This document shows, one piece after another, positions 17,445 through 27,138 of a stretch of 56,853 nt of DNA (its first letter is position 1; every line of letters begins with the position of its first letter). Below the pieces are notes generated by a model. That model saw nothing but the letters and a program-made list of their open reading frames with translations. It was not told where the DNA came from and made no database searches. The DNA comes from Akkermansia muciniphila (lineage in GTDB: Bacteria; Verrucomicrobiota; Verrucomicrobiia; Limisphaerales; JADLHS01), in assembly GCA_945882065.1 (NCBI GenBank), contig CAMCWI010000001.1, positions 1 through 56,853 on the forward strand. The letters run 5' to 3'. The translations under genes and the position numbers were made by a program.

Positions 17445-18595
17445 TTGATCACCTGAATTAACGCTTCGCGGCGCGTCTTGACCATCACACCTTGACTGTT
17501 CGTGATGGCGACGACAGCACGCGCGCCACCGCTCTCGATTTCAATACGACTGAATTCTCCAAGCGGCAACGTCTGCGAGAGGCGTGGCCCGCGTTGGGAG
17601 ACGAATTCAAAGAAACTCACCCACATGTTCGGGTTGAGACATTGCCATTCGTACAACACTTCACCCTGCGCCGAGCAGATCAGCATCTCGTCCACCTTCG
17701 GGCGTGATGCCACACTCGGCGGCAACACCGGCACAGGTTCGTAAGCGGGCGCGAACGCGATGGATTTTGGCGAAGTGATTGCGCTGGGCTGTGCGGTTTC
17801 GAGAATTCGCGCAGCATCGTCCGCCGCGCTCGTGACACTTGAAGCTGCAGCATCGCGCGCCATCTTGCCTTCATCGGACTTGCGCGCGGCTTCCATCAAT
17901 AGGAATTCCCACTGACCGGAGATCGTGCGCGATGTCGGCTCGGTGAACAGCTTGAGATTGAATTGTCCGCCGGAGAGAGCGAGCAAATGATTCAAGGCAT
18001 CTTCGCCGGTAAGGTTCGCCACCTGCGCGTGGATGATCTGTCCAGTCTCGATGAAGATTTTTCCCGCGAGCGACACATTGGAAACTTCCAGCACGGAAGA
18101 ATTGCGGGAGAGACATTCCATCTGGAGCACGTCCTGCAAACTCACGCGCCGCAACACGCCACGGAAACCTTCCTCCGGGCGATGCTTTACCAGTTCGCAC
18201 AAAACACCGTAAAGACTTTGCCAGCCGTTGGGGTCGGTGGGTTTTTCGAGATAAAGTTCCGCGCCATTGCTCAGACAGGCCGCGCGATATTTCTCGTTGG
18301 CGAATCCGGTGAGGACAACTTTCTGGACGTTTGGGTAACCGCGATTGAGTAACGAAAGCATCTGGATGCCGTCCATCACGCCCATCTGCACATCAATCAC
18401 CGCCAAGTCCACGGTTTTTTGTTCCTGCAACATAGTGAAGGCACGACTCGCGCTCTCAGCGGTCAACACCTCCCATTGGCCATCACTCAACACGCTCATC
18501 AACTCGCGCACGGTCTCGAGAAAGCGCTTGTCATCGTCCACAAACAAAACGCGACGTGCTCCCGCATGCGCTGTGGGTTTGGGTGTGTCGCTCAT
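17441..18595 (-). CDS. Response regulator with a receiver domain, a DUF4388 (PATAN-like) domain and a C-terminal Roadblock-like domain
   Basis: Receiver domain: RRVLFVDDD...DLAVIDVQMGVMDG...KVVLTG...YLEKP. DUF4388: FRGVLRRVSLQDVLQMECLSRNSSVLEV...GKIFIETGQIIHA...GEDALNHLL...GQF. An Ala/Ser-rich linker follows. The tail is MLICSAQGEVLYEW...ARAVVAITNSQGVMV. Confidence 0.78.
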   Translation of the reverse strand: MSDTPKPTAHAGARRVLFVDDDKRFLETVRELMSVLSDGQWEVLTAESASRAFTMLQEQKTVDLAVIDVQMGVMDGIQMLSLLNRGYPNVQKVVLTGFANEKYRAACLSNGAELYLEKPTDPNGWQSLYGVLCELVKHRPEEGFRGVLRRVSLQDVLQMECLSRNSSVLEVSNVSLAGKIFIETGQIIHAQVANLTGEDALNHLLALSGGQFNLKLFTEPTSRTISGQWEFLLMEAARKSDEGKMARDAAASSVTSAADDAARILETAQPSAITSPKSIAFAPAYEPVPVLPPSVASRPKVDEMLICSAQGEVLYEWQCLNPNMWVSFFEFVSQRGPRLSQTLPLGEFSRIEIESGGARAVVAITNSQGVMVKTRREALIQVIK

Positions 18596-18712
18596 GTTAA
18601 CAAAGTGTCAATCATCCGTCGGGCGATATTCAGCGGGAAGCGAGTCGGAAAGTGAAGTCAATTCCTTCTCCACCGTACGGGTGTGATTAAAGTCGTCGTC
18701 TCGTGATTGGGT

Positions 18713-19489
18713 TCATTCGTGGTTCAATCCAGCCGCAGTTCCCGCAATGCCGCGCTGATGCGCCACCATCCGCAGATCAATCTCCGCCGGATCAAGACTC
18801 CAGCGATGTGCGAGTTGGGAAACCTTCTCCACGTTCGCCACGATGTGATCCGCCACCGCCCAATCATCGCTGCCGGGGCTGTCACCGTAGCCGAAACAAT
18901 TCATCCCCAGTGCGATCTCGGCGGATGTCTTCACGCCCTGATTCCAAACCGTAGTCCCCGCCCACGCGTAGCCGCGCAGCACGCGACCCGATTCCACCTG
19001 CACCCACGCGTGATGTTGCAAGAGTTCGTCCGCTTGGAAAAATTGCACATGCCCCAGCTTCCGGCTCAACTCGCGCAGAAAACGGTAACACGCGTCCACA
19101 TCATCGTCAGGATTCGGCAAGCCCGCGCCGAACACCAGAGTCCAGCCGTTAATCGGTGGCGCGATGAACAATTTACGCGCAGAAAAAATACCTTCCGCCC
19201 ACGAACACGGACGAGGATCGTTCAGCCGTAACGCTGCTTGCACCGCCGACGTGTTGCGACTGCGGATCGCAAGCCAATATGAGGGACGACGCGCGTACAT
19301 GGGATTGTAGGGAACAATGCTGAACCGGGAAAGTTCTTGGGCCAACGCCGCCTGCTCGTCCTCCGATCCTGACAATTTTCGCCGCGCTCGCAAATGCCGC
19401 CGCACAAGAACAACCATCGAGACACCGCCGCCCAGCACGAAGCCGAGCAGTGTCAGCAACGCGACCGCGATGATATCCCACGGGTTCAC
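18713..19489 (-). CDS. Hypothetical single-pass membrane protein with no recognised family
   Basis: A GTG start at 19489 leads into the TM helix IIAVALLTLLGFVLGGGVSMVVLV followed by RRHLRARRK. The cytoplasmic domain of about 210 aa is rich in W and H. Codon usage is consistent with neighbouring genes. Confidence 0.5.
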   Translation of the reverse strand: MNPWDIIAVALLTLLGFVLGGGVSMVVLVRRHLRARRKLSGSEDEQAALAQELSRFSIVPYNPMYARRPSYWLAIRSRNTSAVQAALRLNDPRPCSWAEGIFSARKLFIAPPINGWTLVFGAGLPNPDDDVDACYRFLRELSRKLGHVQFFQADELLQHHAWVQVESGRVLRGYAWAGTTVWNQGVKTSAEIALGMNCFGYGDSPGSDDWAVADHIVANVEKVSQLAHRWSLDPAEIDLRMVAHQRGIAGTAAGLNHE

Positions 19490-19617
19490 AGGGACAATTT
19501 ACAAAACCAACAGCGCAGCGCAATAACGGTTGCGTGGAGATTTACCTTGTTCGGGAGCGGATGGATTCGCCGCGCAAACAGTTCCCACACGCCAGCGAGC
19601 TCTTGATGATCTGTGTT

Positions 19618-21723
19618 CTACTTGATCCAGATGTTGCGGAACTGCACGGTCATGGCCGGACCGGCGTGAATCTGCAACGCGAGAATGCCTGACTTGCCGG
19701 CTTTGGCTGAATCTTCATCGGTGACATCCACAGTCAACGCACCGTTGATGAAGTGTTGGAGGTGGTTGCCGTTGGCGATGACCTTGTAATCGTTCCAGTC
19801 TTCGTTCTTGATCCGGGACTGAATCTTCTCCGAGTCACCCACCGAACCGGTAACTTCGACTTTAGTTTTGCCCGCTTCATTTACTTTCACAACGGTTTTC
19901 TCCCCGCGCTTGGCCAAGATGCCGCGACCACGTTCTTCGTAAAGAATGCCACTGTAGGTTTTTCCGGCCTCAAAGTCGGCCTGGTAACCGCCAACGATCG
20001 GCCCGAAGTCCCCCGACTGAAGAAGCTGGCTGCGATACTGGATACCTGAGTTGCCACCGATGATCTTGTACTGCAACCGGAGTTCAAAATCGGCAACCTC
20101 GCCGCCTTTCCAAACTAGGAAGGTGTTATGTTTGATCTTCGTATCTCCCTCATTGGAAGTTTTGCCAGTGATGCAACCCTCCTGAACAGACCAGAGCTTC
20201 ATGTTGCCGTCCCAACCATCCAGGGTCTTGCCATTGAACAACGACTTAAAGCCGGGTTCGAGTCCAGGCGTGGGGTCAACAAGTGGCCATTTGTCCGTGC
20301 GGAACGGCGACGCTGGCAAGCCTTCCTTGTTGGCGAAGTTCGGCTCGGCGAATTGATTCATCGCAAACCGTACCGCCACGGGTTTCGCCACGGCATCGCT
20401 TGAGACGACAAGTTTCTTGCCGACCATCTCGGCGTGGGCTGCCACAAAGTTTTTGTCTTCACCCGCAATGGTAAATTCGGTCAGCGGCTTACCATCTCGC
20501 GAAACGAGGCCACCGCCAACGTGATCAAAACTGAGCTCGATCTGGTTGCCGCGAACTTTCATGTCGTCGTAGAGCGGACCGGAATAAACGAGGCCGCTCT
20601 TGCCATAAGTTTTGGACAAAGCCCAAAGCGCAAGCCGACGACCTACTTCCTGTTTATTTCTCGGGTGGATATCTTTGACGTTGCCAATGTCCGTGGTGAC
20701 GGCCATGCCGGTGTTCGGCAACTCCAAAGTCTCAGCCTGCGCTTCCCAGATGCCCGCCAAGCGCGTGTCGTCACCGCCGTAATTGTAAGGCGCGAGCTGC
20801 ACGAAATAGAACGGCATCTTGGGATTCTTCCAGACACTACGCCACCCGGCAATGAGTGCCTTCATCTTCTCGTAATACAACATCCCCTCGCCGTTGTTGG
20901 ATTCGCCCTGATACCAGAGCGCACCCCGGATCGCGAATGGAACGAGCGGATGCACCATGCCGTTGTAAAGCGCGAGTGGCGTTTGATGATTGATGTCTTT
21001 GACGAGGTTGCCTGCCTTATTCGTCTTCATGGTTGCAACTGGAAATTCGTCGAGCTTGTCGGCGAAATCTTTTTTCAACGCCGTCACCGACTTGAACCCG
21101 ACTGGTGGCGTCCAAGGTTCAATCCGCGTGCCGCCCCAATTGCAACCAAGCAGACCGATGGGAACGTCGAGTTCCTTTTGAAGCGTACGGGCGTAATAAT
21201 AACCAACCGCCGTGAATTTTGAGACAGTCTCTGGGCTGGCTGATTGCCAGCCATCTGTGGGCACATTGCTCTCCGGCTTGTCGGAGGGGCGATGCGGAAT
21301 CTTGATGTGACGGATGCGCGGATGATTGCCCGCCGCGATCTCTTCCTTTGAGTTATCTGAATTGGCGACGGTCCACTCCATGTTGGATTGCCCGGAGCAG
21401 AGCCACACTTCACCGACAAGCACATCCTCCATTACGACCTTGTTCTTTCCGGTGATCGTCATTGTCTGTGGAGTGGAATTGGCTTTCATCGAACGGAGGT
21501 TCACGCGCCAGCTTCCATCAGCGGCGGCCACAGCTGTTTTCTTTTGCCCCGCGAACTCAACCGTGACTTTCTCTCCGGGATCAGCCCACCCCCAGACCGG
21601 ACAGGCTTGGGAACGTTGGAGAACCATGTGACTGCCGATGACAGATGGCAGTTTGACATCAGCGCGTGATGAGAATGCAGCGGCGACGACCAGAACAACG
21701 ACGAGTGACAGGAATTTTTTCAT
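19618..21723 (-). CDS. Sialate O-acetylesterase-like SGNH esterase (DUF303) fused to a C-terminal DUF1080 domain
   Basis: ATG at 21723 gives MKKFLSLVVVLVVAAAFSSRA. VWLCSGQSNMEW (SGNH block I) and LWYQGESN are present. The C-terminal ~190 aa read FKSLFNGKTLDGWDG...GNSGIQYRS...ILALQIHAGPAMTVQFRNIWIK, which is DUF1080. Confidence 0.85.
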   Translation of the reverse strand: MKKFLSLVVVLVVAAAFSSRADVKLPSVIGSHMVLQRSQACPVWGWADPGEKVTVEFAGQKKTAVAAADGSWRVNLRSMKANSTPQTMTITGKNKVVMEDVLVGEVWLCSGQSNMEWTVANSDNSKEEIAAGNHPRIRHIKIPHRPSDKPESNVPTDGWQSASPETVSKFTAVGYYYARTLQKELDVPIGLLGCNWGGTRIEPWTPPVGFKSVTALKKDFADKLDEFPVATMKTNKAGNLVKDINHQTPLALYNGMVHPLVPFAIRGALWYQGESNNGEGMLYYEKMKALIAGWRSVWKNPKMPFYFVQLAPYNYGGDDTRLAGIWEAQAETLELPNTGMAVTTDIGNVKDIHPRNKQEVGRRLALWALSKTYGKSGLVYSGPLYDDMKVRGNQIELSFDHVGGGLVSRDGKPLTEFTIAGEDKNFVAAHAEMVGKKLVVSSDAVAKPVAVRFAMNQFAEPNFANKEGLPASPFRTDKWPLVDPTPGLEPGFKSLFNGKTLDGWDGNMKLWSVQEGCITGKTSNEGDTKIKHNTFLVWKGGEVADFELRLQYKIIGGNSGIQYRSQLLQSGDFGPIVGGYQADFEAGKTYSGILYEERGRGILAKRGEKTVVKVNEAGKTKVEVTGSVGDSEKIQSRIKNEDWNDYKVIANGNHLQHFINGALTVDVTDEDSAKAGKSGILALQIHAGPAMTVQFRNIWIK

Positions 21724-21801
21724 GATTGAGTTGCGGTGAAGAGAAAAAGGGTGAATTCGAGGAGGACGAACTGACCCCATGCTCAGATTGTTTTTACAGA
21801 A

Positions 21802-22650
21802 TTATTTTCCGAGAACACGATGAAGATTGCGCAGGCCTTTGACGGCGATCTCGTCGCGCGTCGGCTCCATGCGACGCCAAATAGCTGCCGCCTTTGCGAT
21901 GACCTTGACATCCGTGGTGAATGATTCAATGACGACATCGCCGTCGTAACGGATGTCCTTGAGAGCTTTCGCGATGGGCTTCCAGTCAATGTGATCGTTA
22001 ACGGGCGTCCCTCGATCACTTCCGCAAGCGTGGAAGTGAGCGAGGTGTTTGCCCGCTTTGCGGATGGCGGCGGCTTGATTTTTTTCCTCGATGTTCATGT
22101 GAAACGTGTCGAGGTGCAGTTTAAGCGCAGGGCTGCCAACATCTTTGATCATCTTCAATCCTTGGTCGCAGGTATTGATGAAATCCGTCTCGAAACGGTT
22201 GAGCGGTTCGAGGCAGACTTGGCGACCGCGCTTCTCGGCATACTTGCACAGTGTCTTGAGGTTCTTCACCACGGTAGCCCATTGCTTCTTATATTCGTCA
22301 GCGGGAACAGCGTCAGCACGACCGACAGCCGAATAAACTGGACCGATCAACGACGGACAACCAAGGACAACCATCTGATCAAGCAGTGCCGTCATGTAGG
22401 CCAAACCAGTCTTCTGAGATTTGGCGTCGCCGCGCAAATCACGATCCGCCCCCATCGCCGCGCAAACGGAGCCACAAACGAGACCATTGCGATCCAGTTC
22501 GCGTTTCACATGAGCAGGATCGATGTGAGATGGATCTTCAATCGCGATCTCGACGGTGTCGAAGCCCCACTTCTTGAACTTAGGGAAAAGTTTCGTGCTG
22601 GCGTTAGTGAAAGGTGAAGTGAACAGGAATGTGTTGATGCCAAATTTCAT
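21802..22650 (-). CDS. Xylose-isomerase-like TIM-barrel protein (sugar phosphate isomerase/epimerase family)
   Basis: MKFGINTFLF...WGFDTVEI...CLEPLNRFETDFINT...LHLDTFHMNIEE...HFHACGSDRGTP is the typical metal-ligand Glu/Asp/His/Glu pattern of the fold. Confidence 0.85.
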   Translation of the reverse strand: MKFGINTFLFTSPFTNASTKLFPKFKKWGFDTVEIAIEDPSHIDPAHVKRELDRNGLVCGSVCAAMGADRDLRGDAKSQKTGLAYMTALLDQMVVLGCPSLIGPVYSAVGRADAVPADEYKKQWATVVKNLKTLCKYAEKRGRQVCLEPLNRFETDFINTCDQGLKMIKDVGSPALKLHLDTFHMNIEEKNQAAAIRKAGKHLAHFHACGSDRGTPVNDHIDWKPIAKALKDIRYDGDVVIESFTTDVKVIAKAAAIWRRMEPTRDEIAVKGLRNLHRVLGK

Positions 22651-22715
22651 AATTTTTTCTTTTGGTTATAGATTCGAAGTCGGTCGCAGTAACTGATTCA
22701 GTTGCTTAAGGGCAC

Positions 22716-23600
22716 TTACTTCTTGGTTGGCTTTGGTGTCGTTTCTTGTGGGCCGTATCCGGTTGTAGGAGTGCCATCCCTTCGCAGATGGCTGGTCGCC
22801 CAAAGCACGCCTTGCGTGACGAGGTCCAAATACCGCGCGTCTGCGACAGTTGCCGTGTTGTGGCCGATGGTCGTGCTGAAGACCTTGGTCTGTTTCGGGC
22901 CGTATTTGTTGATCCAAGCGACAACGGATTTGTTAGTCTTCGAGTTACCGTCCTTTTGTTTGACGATCTGCGCGCCGTAAGCCACAGGCCGGGCCGTGGC
23001 AAACACGTGAACATTGTTGTAAAGCTCCTCGTTGATGGTCGTCCACCCGCTCAATCCTTTTCCAACCGAACTGTTCACGTTAGTGAAGCTGATCACAATC
23101 GGCTCCTGCGGGCCATGTGAGCTGGATTGCAGGCCGAGATACTCGAACCACAGCCCATGCGCAGTGCCGAGTGCGACGGGGTCGTTCGGATTTCCGATGC
23201 GATACGAGTGCATCGCGCAGTGAAGATTCACCGCAGGAATGCCATCGAGATGCGGTTTCAACACAGCCAGAACCGTCTTCTCATCTGAAATGCCCGCAGC
23301 GCACTCATCGTGGATCACGACATCATAGCCTTTGGCATAATCGGGCATTCCGAGAATGGCCAATGGCGGCTTTGGGCTCTTGTCTCTGGAATGAATCTGA
23401 TCCACGACCACATTTGCCCGCTCATCAAGCCCCTTCTTGAGGACATCTTTTTGAATGTCGTAATCGTGGCAGCAACCACCCGTGATCAGAAGAACGCGCA
23501 CCGGCTTAGGCCTGTCAACTGCGGACGATGCCACTGAGCTTCCGCATAACACCAAGCCCGCAAGCGCGATGGCGGCGTGATTCGTCAGTGAAAACTTCAT
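22716..23600 (-). CDS. Secreted ThuA-domain protein
   Basis: ATG at 23600 gives [56 protein letters not shown] and TTIGHNTAT are present. The start shares its A with the upstream stop (TGATG at 23598-23602). Confidence 0.82.
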   Translation of the reverse strand: MKFSLTNHAAIALAGLVLCGSSVASSAVDRPKPVRVLLITGGCCHDYDIQKDVLKKGLDERANVVVDQIHSRDKSPKPPLAILGMPDYAKGYDVVIHDECAAGISDEKTVLAVLKPHLDGIPAVNLHCAMHSYRIGNPNDPVALGTAHGLWFEYLGLQSSSHGPQEPIVISFTNVNSSVGKGLSGWTTINEELYNNVHVFATARPVAYGAQIVKQKDGNSKTNKSVVAWINKYGPKQTKVFSTTIGHNTATVADARYLDLVTQGVLWATSHLRRDGTPTTGYGPQETTPKPTKK

Positions 23601-24742
23601 CACTTTGCCACCTTTTCCCACTTTTGAGTTCTGGCGGACTTGAGAACTGCGTCACACACATGCTGTGTTTCAAGAGCATCACGGAACGTCGGGCCAGCGG
23701 CTTTCTTCGTTTCGAGTCCTTTGACGAAATCCGCGACCTGATGGATGAAGCTGTGTTCGTAGCCGATCTGTAAACCGGGCACCCACCAGTTCTTCATGTA
23801 GGGATGATCGCTGTCGCTGACGTGAATGCTACGCCAGCCGCGCAGCTTGCTCTCGTCGCGATGATCAAAGTATTGCAGGCGATGCAGATCATGAAGATCC
23901 CAAGCGATACTCGCGTGTTCGCCATTGATCTCAAATGTATAGAGCGCTTTGTGGCCGCGCGCATAGCGTGTGCTCTCGAAAGTCGCCAGTGAACCGTTCT
24001 TGAAGCGAGCGAGGAATGCGCACGCGTCATCAATCTCCACCTTCTGCACCTTGCCAGTAGCCGTGTGCGTGCGTTCTTTGATGAACGTCTCAGTCATGCC
24101 GTTGACCTTATCAATGCTGCCGTTGAGCCAGATCGCGGTGTCAATGCAATGCGCGAGCAGATCGCCCGTCACACCGCTGCCTGCCGCCTTCGCGTCCAAC
24201 CGCCACAAACCCGCCCCGCCCTGCGGCAATTCCGGGCTGATAGTCCAATCTTGGAGAAACTTCGCGCGATAATGAAACACGCGGCCCAGCTTGCCCTCGT
24301 CAATCAACTGCTTCGCCATTGTGACAGCGGGCACGCGACGATAGTTGTACCAAACGATGTTCGGCACCTTGGCCTTCTCGACGGCGGCCACCATCTTGCG
24401 ACCTTCCGCTCCGTCCATCGAAAGCGGCTTCTCGCAGAGGATCATCTTGCCCGCTTTGGCGGCGGCGATGGCGATTTCGGCGTGGCTGTTATTGGGCGTG
24501 CAGATGTCAATCGCATCGATGTCTTCGCGCGCCACCAGTTTGCGCCAATCCGTTTCAATGGATTTATATCCCCACTTTTCAGCGAAGGCTTTGACCTTCG
24601 CTTCATCGCGCGCGCAAACAGCTTGCAGCACGCATTGGCGATCGAGGTCGAAGAAGTTGTTGACCTTGCGGTAGGCGTTGGAGTGCGTGCGGCCCATGAA
24701 GCCGTAACCGATAAGTCCGATGCGAAGTTCTTTCTTAGGCAT
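23600..24742 (-). CDS. Gfo/Idh/MocA-family NAD(P)-dependent oxidoreductase (cytoplasmic)
   Basis: [19 protein letters not shown] is the Rossmann motif, [27 protein letters not shown] is the EKP motif, and [13 protein letters not shown] is also present. Confidence 0.9.
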   Translation of the reverse strand: MPKKELRIGLIGYGFMGRTHSNAYRKVNNFFDLDRQCVLQAVCARDEAKVKAFAEKWGYKSIETDWRKLVAREDIDAIDICTPNNSHAEIAIAAAKAGKMILCEKPLSMDGAEGRKMVAAVEKAKVPNIVWYNYRRVPAVTMAKQLIDEGKLGRVFHYRAKFLQDWTISPELPQGGAGLWRLDAKAAGSGVTGDLLAHCIDTAIWLNGSIDKVNGMTETFIKERTHTATGKVQKVEIDDACAFLARFKNGSLATFESTRYARGHKALYTFEINGEHASIAWDLHDLHRLQYFDHRDESKLRGWRSIHVSDSDHPYMKNWWVPGLQIGYEHSFIHQVADFVKGLETKKAAGPTFRDALETQHVCDAVLKSARTQKWEKVAK

Positions 24743-24771
24743 AACGTTTGATGGATTTAATAGTTAAAGTG

Positions 24772-25809
24772 TTAAGCGCGCCAGCCGTGGTTCTCACGGA
24801 CCTGGATCATTGCGGCGAGAATGTCGTTCCAAGTCTGTTGTTTCATCAACACTTCATTCGGGAACATGCAACCGTCCCAACAGATGTGCTTCATTTTTTT
24901 GGTGACCTTGCCTTTGCCATCGCGCAGCCAGTAACCAGAATCGCGGGCGATGTTCAGCTTGCCCTTCGGATCGGTGGCGAGGCAATGGCGTCCGGTTTTC
25001 TCGTGGTCACCAGAACCGAAGACGCTGCCGTCGTTTTGCGCGACGTGGAAATCAATCGTCCAAGGGCGGAGCGCGTCCGTGAGCTTGGTCATTGCCTTGT
25101 GGAATTCAGCCGGTTCGTAGTGATAATTCTTCGGCACGATGCGGTGCGCCTCGGCGTTATACCCGAGCGTGTAAAGGTGCGTGTGCGACATGTCGGCTTG
25201 GAAACCGACAACTTTGGGCATGGCCGTCTCTTCGAGGAGATTCACCATGTGTTTCCACGAGTGCATCCCGCCCCAGCAGATTTCACCTTCAGCAGCGAGA
25301 CGTTCGCCGTTGTCTTTGGCGATTTTGCCAGCTTCTCGGAAAGATTGCGCGATGAGCTTGGTCGTCGCTTTCGGAGCTTTGTCCCACGCAGTGACTGCGG
25401 TGGCGCAATCAATACGAACAACACCATACGGACGCACTCCGAGTTCGCGGAGTTTTTTGGCAATGCGAATCGCTTTGCGAACGTGAGTGACCCACGCGGC
25501 GCGAGCTTTTTCATCGCCACCGGCAGAAGCGTCGAACCAAACAGGAGCGACAACTGAACCGACAACCAATCCCTTGGCTTTGATCTTAGATGCGAGCGCC
25601 TTGATGCCGTCGTCCGAAATATCAATATCCGTGTGCGGGTTGTAGAGGAAAAGATCAACGCCGTCGAACTTCACGCCGCCGACGTCCGCCTTGGCGGTCA
25701 TGTCGAGCATCTTATCGAGTTCGATAAACGGTTCTGCGCCGGGTGAACCCTTGCCGACGAGGCCAGGCCACATGGCGTTGTGAAGTTTCGGAAAATTGTT
25801 CTCGCTCAT
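24772..25809 (-). CDS. Xylose-isomerase-like TIM-barrel protein, second paralogous type
   Basis: [14 protein letters not shown]...FDGVDLF...[14 protein letters not shown]...[11 protein letters not shown]...HVAQNDG is a TIM-barrel isomerase/lyase-fold pattern. Confidence 0.78.
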   Translation of the reverse strand: MSENNFPKLHNAMWPGLVGKGSPGAEPFIELDKMLDMTAKADVGGVKFDGVDLFLYNPHTDIDISDDGIKALASKIKAKGLVVGSVVAPVWFDASAGGDEKARAAWVTHVRKAIRIAKKLRELGVRPYGVVRIDCATAVTAWDKAPKATTKLIAQSFREAGKIAKDNGERLAAEGEICWGGMHSWKHMVNLLEETAMPKVVGFQADMSHTHLYTLGYNAEAHRIVPKNYHYEPAEFHKAMTKLTDALRPWTIDFHVAQNDGSVFGSGDHEKTGRHCLATDPKGKLNIARDSGYWLRDGKGKVTKKMKHICWDGCMFPNEVLMKQQTWNDILAAMIQVRENHGWRA

Positions 25810-25827
25810 AACAGTTTTGCTGGTTGG

Positions 25828-27093
25828 TTAGAATTTGTTTTTGCGATATGCACCCATCGTAGGCGCATCGGGATTCACTTCAGGTCCAAAGTAACGGAGA
25901 CAGACAAGCGGCTCAGTCTCGCTGGTGTTTTCAAACGTGACGCCCGCCTTCGCGCCGTCCTCGGTGCAGAAGTACTCATCCTCGGTCAGTTCGTGGAAGC
26001 GGATGAGCTTGGGGCTGACGAGCGGTTGTCCGTTGATCTTGCCGCTGCCTTGCACACAGATCAGGCCATACGCGCCTTTGTCCGTGATCGTCGCCTTCGC
26101 GCCGGGATCAACGGTGAGTTCCTTGGCGGTGAAGTATTGTTTGCCGTCCACCTTGCCGTAAACAATCCAGCGATCCACAAAACCTTCTTTGCGCGTATCG
26201 GCGACAGGCACGGGTTCGAGGTAATGATTGTCTTTGAAGTTCGGGTCAACGTTCTTTTCCCAATCAAGCTGATCCACAATGAAATCAATGTCTTTGTGCT
26301 TGTTTTTGGGCATGTCCTTGACGAGCAAACTCCACGGAACTTCGCGGCCTTCGACGAGGTTTTGATACATGCCAAATACATCGCTGCCCCATTGCGGCTC
26401 ATAAGTACAGAGCGAACCGGGCGCGTGCAGGATGCACGGATCAATCAGCCAGCCGCTACCCACTTTGAGGCGATACGCTTTGGAGAGATCGAGGATGCCG
26501 TTGTCGCCCTTGTTCCAATTCTCGATGCACTTACGGACCTGCGCCTTGGTCGTGCCGGGTTCAAATCCCATGAACGTGTAGGGGAAATTGTTTCCAACGT
26601 TGTTGTGTTGCGGCGGAAAATAATAACTCTCCGGCTTGCCTTCTTGCCCAACGAGTTTGGCTTGCGCCGCGCTTTGGTGCATGTGATGCGGAATCGGCCC
26701 CATGTTATCGAAGAATTTCGAATAGACGGGCCACTTGCCGTATTTTTTCCAGATCGCGTTGCCGATGATGGCTGCGCCGGAATCTTCCACAGCTTTGCGG
26801 AGCGTGAACTTTTCACCGCCAACGACGCAGTAATTCAAACCTTCGTCTGCGGCACGACCTTCATTGGCTGTCTCGGTGGTGGACGCGAACCAACGCTCGT
26901 CAATGCCGCCGCGGTTCAATCCGTAGGCGTAGGTATCGTCGGGATGCAGCTTGATGCGCAGACCGGGTTGGAGAAATGAGCGCGGCACCCATGCAGGCGC
27001 GAGACGGAGCAAACCGCCCGTGCGGGAAAGTTCGGCTGCGACTTTGGATTGCGTGTTGCCCTTCGTTAATTTGAGTTGAGAAATCGTATTCAT
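25828..27093 (-). CDS. Cupin-fold protein resembling type I phosphomannose isomerase
   Basis: The 421-aa ORF contains KFFDNMGPIPHHMHQ, a metal-binding His cluster, and a beta-rich C-terminus. It is clearly coding. The family call is tentative. Confidence 0.55.
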   Translation of the reverse strand: MNTISQLKLTKGNTQSKVAAELSRTGGLLRLAPAWVPRSFLQPGLRIKLHPDDTYAYGLNRGGIDERWFASTTETANEGRAADEGLNYCVVGGEKFTLRKAVEDSGAAIIGNAIWKKYGKWPVYSKFFDNMGPIPHHMHQSAAQAKLVGQEGKPESYYFPPQHNNVGNNFPYTFMGFEPGTTKAQVRKCIENWNKGDNGILDLSKAYRLKVGSGWLIDPCILHAPGSLCTYEPQWGSDVFGMYQNLVEGREVPWSLLVKDMPKNKHKDIDFIVDQLDWEKNVDPNFKDNHYLEPVPVADTRKEGFVDRWIVYGKVDGKQYFTAKELTVDPGAKATITDKGAYGLICVQGSGKINGQPLVSPKLIRFHELTEDEYFCTEDGAKAGVTFENTSETEPLVCLRYFGPEVNPDAPTMGAYRKNKF

Positions 27094-27138
27094 CGTGATG
27101 CTCTAAATTAAAACAAACTATTTTTTCAGTTGCAAGAC

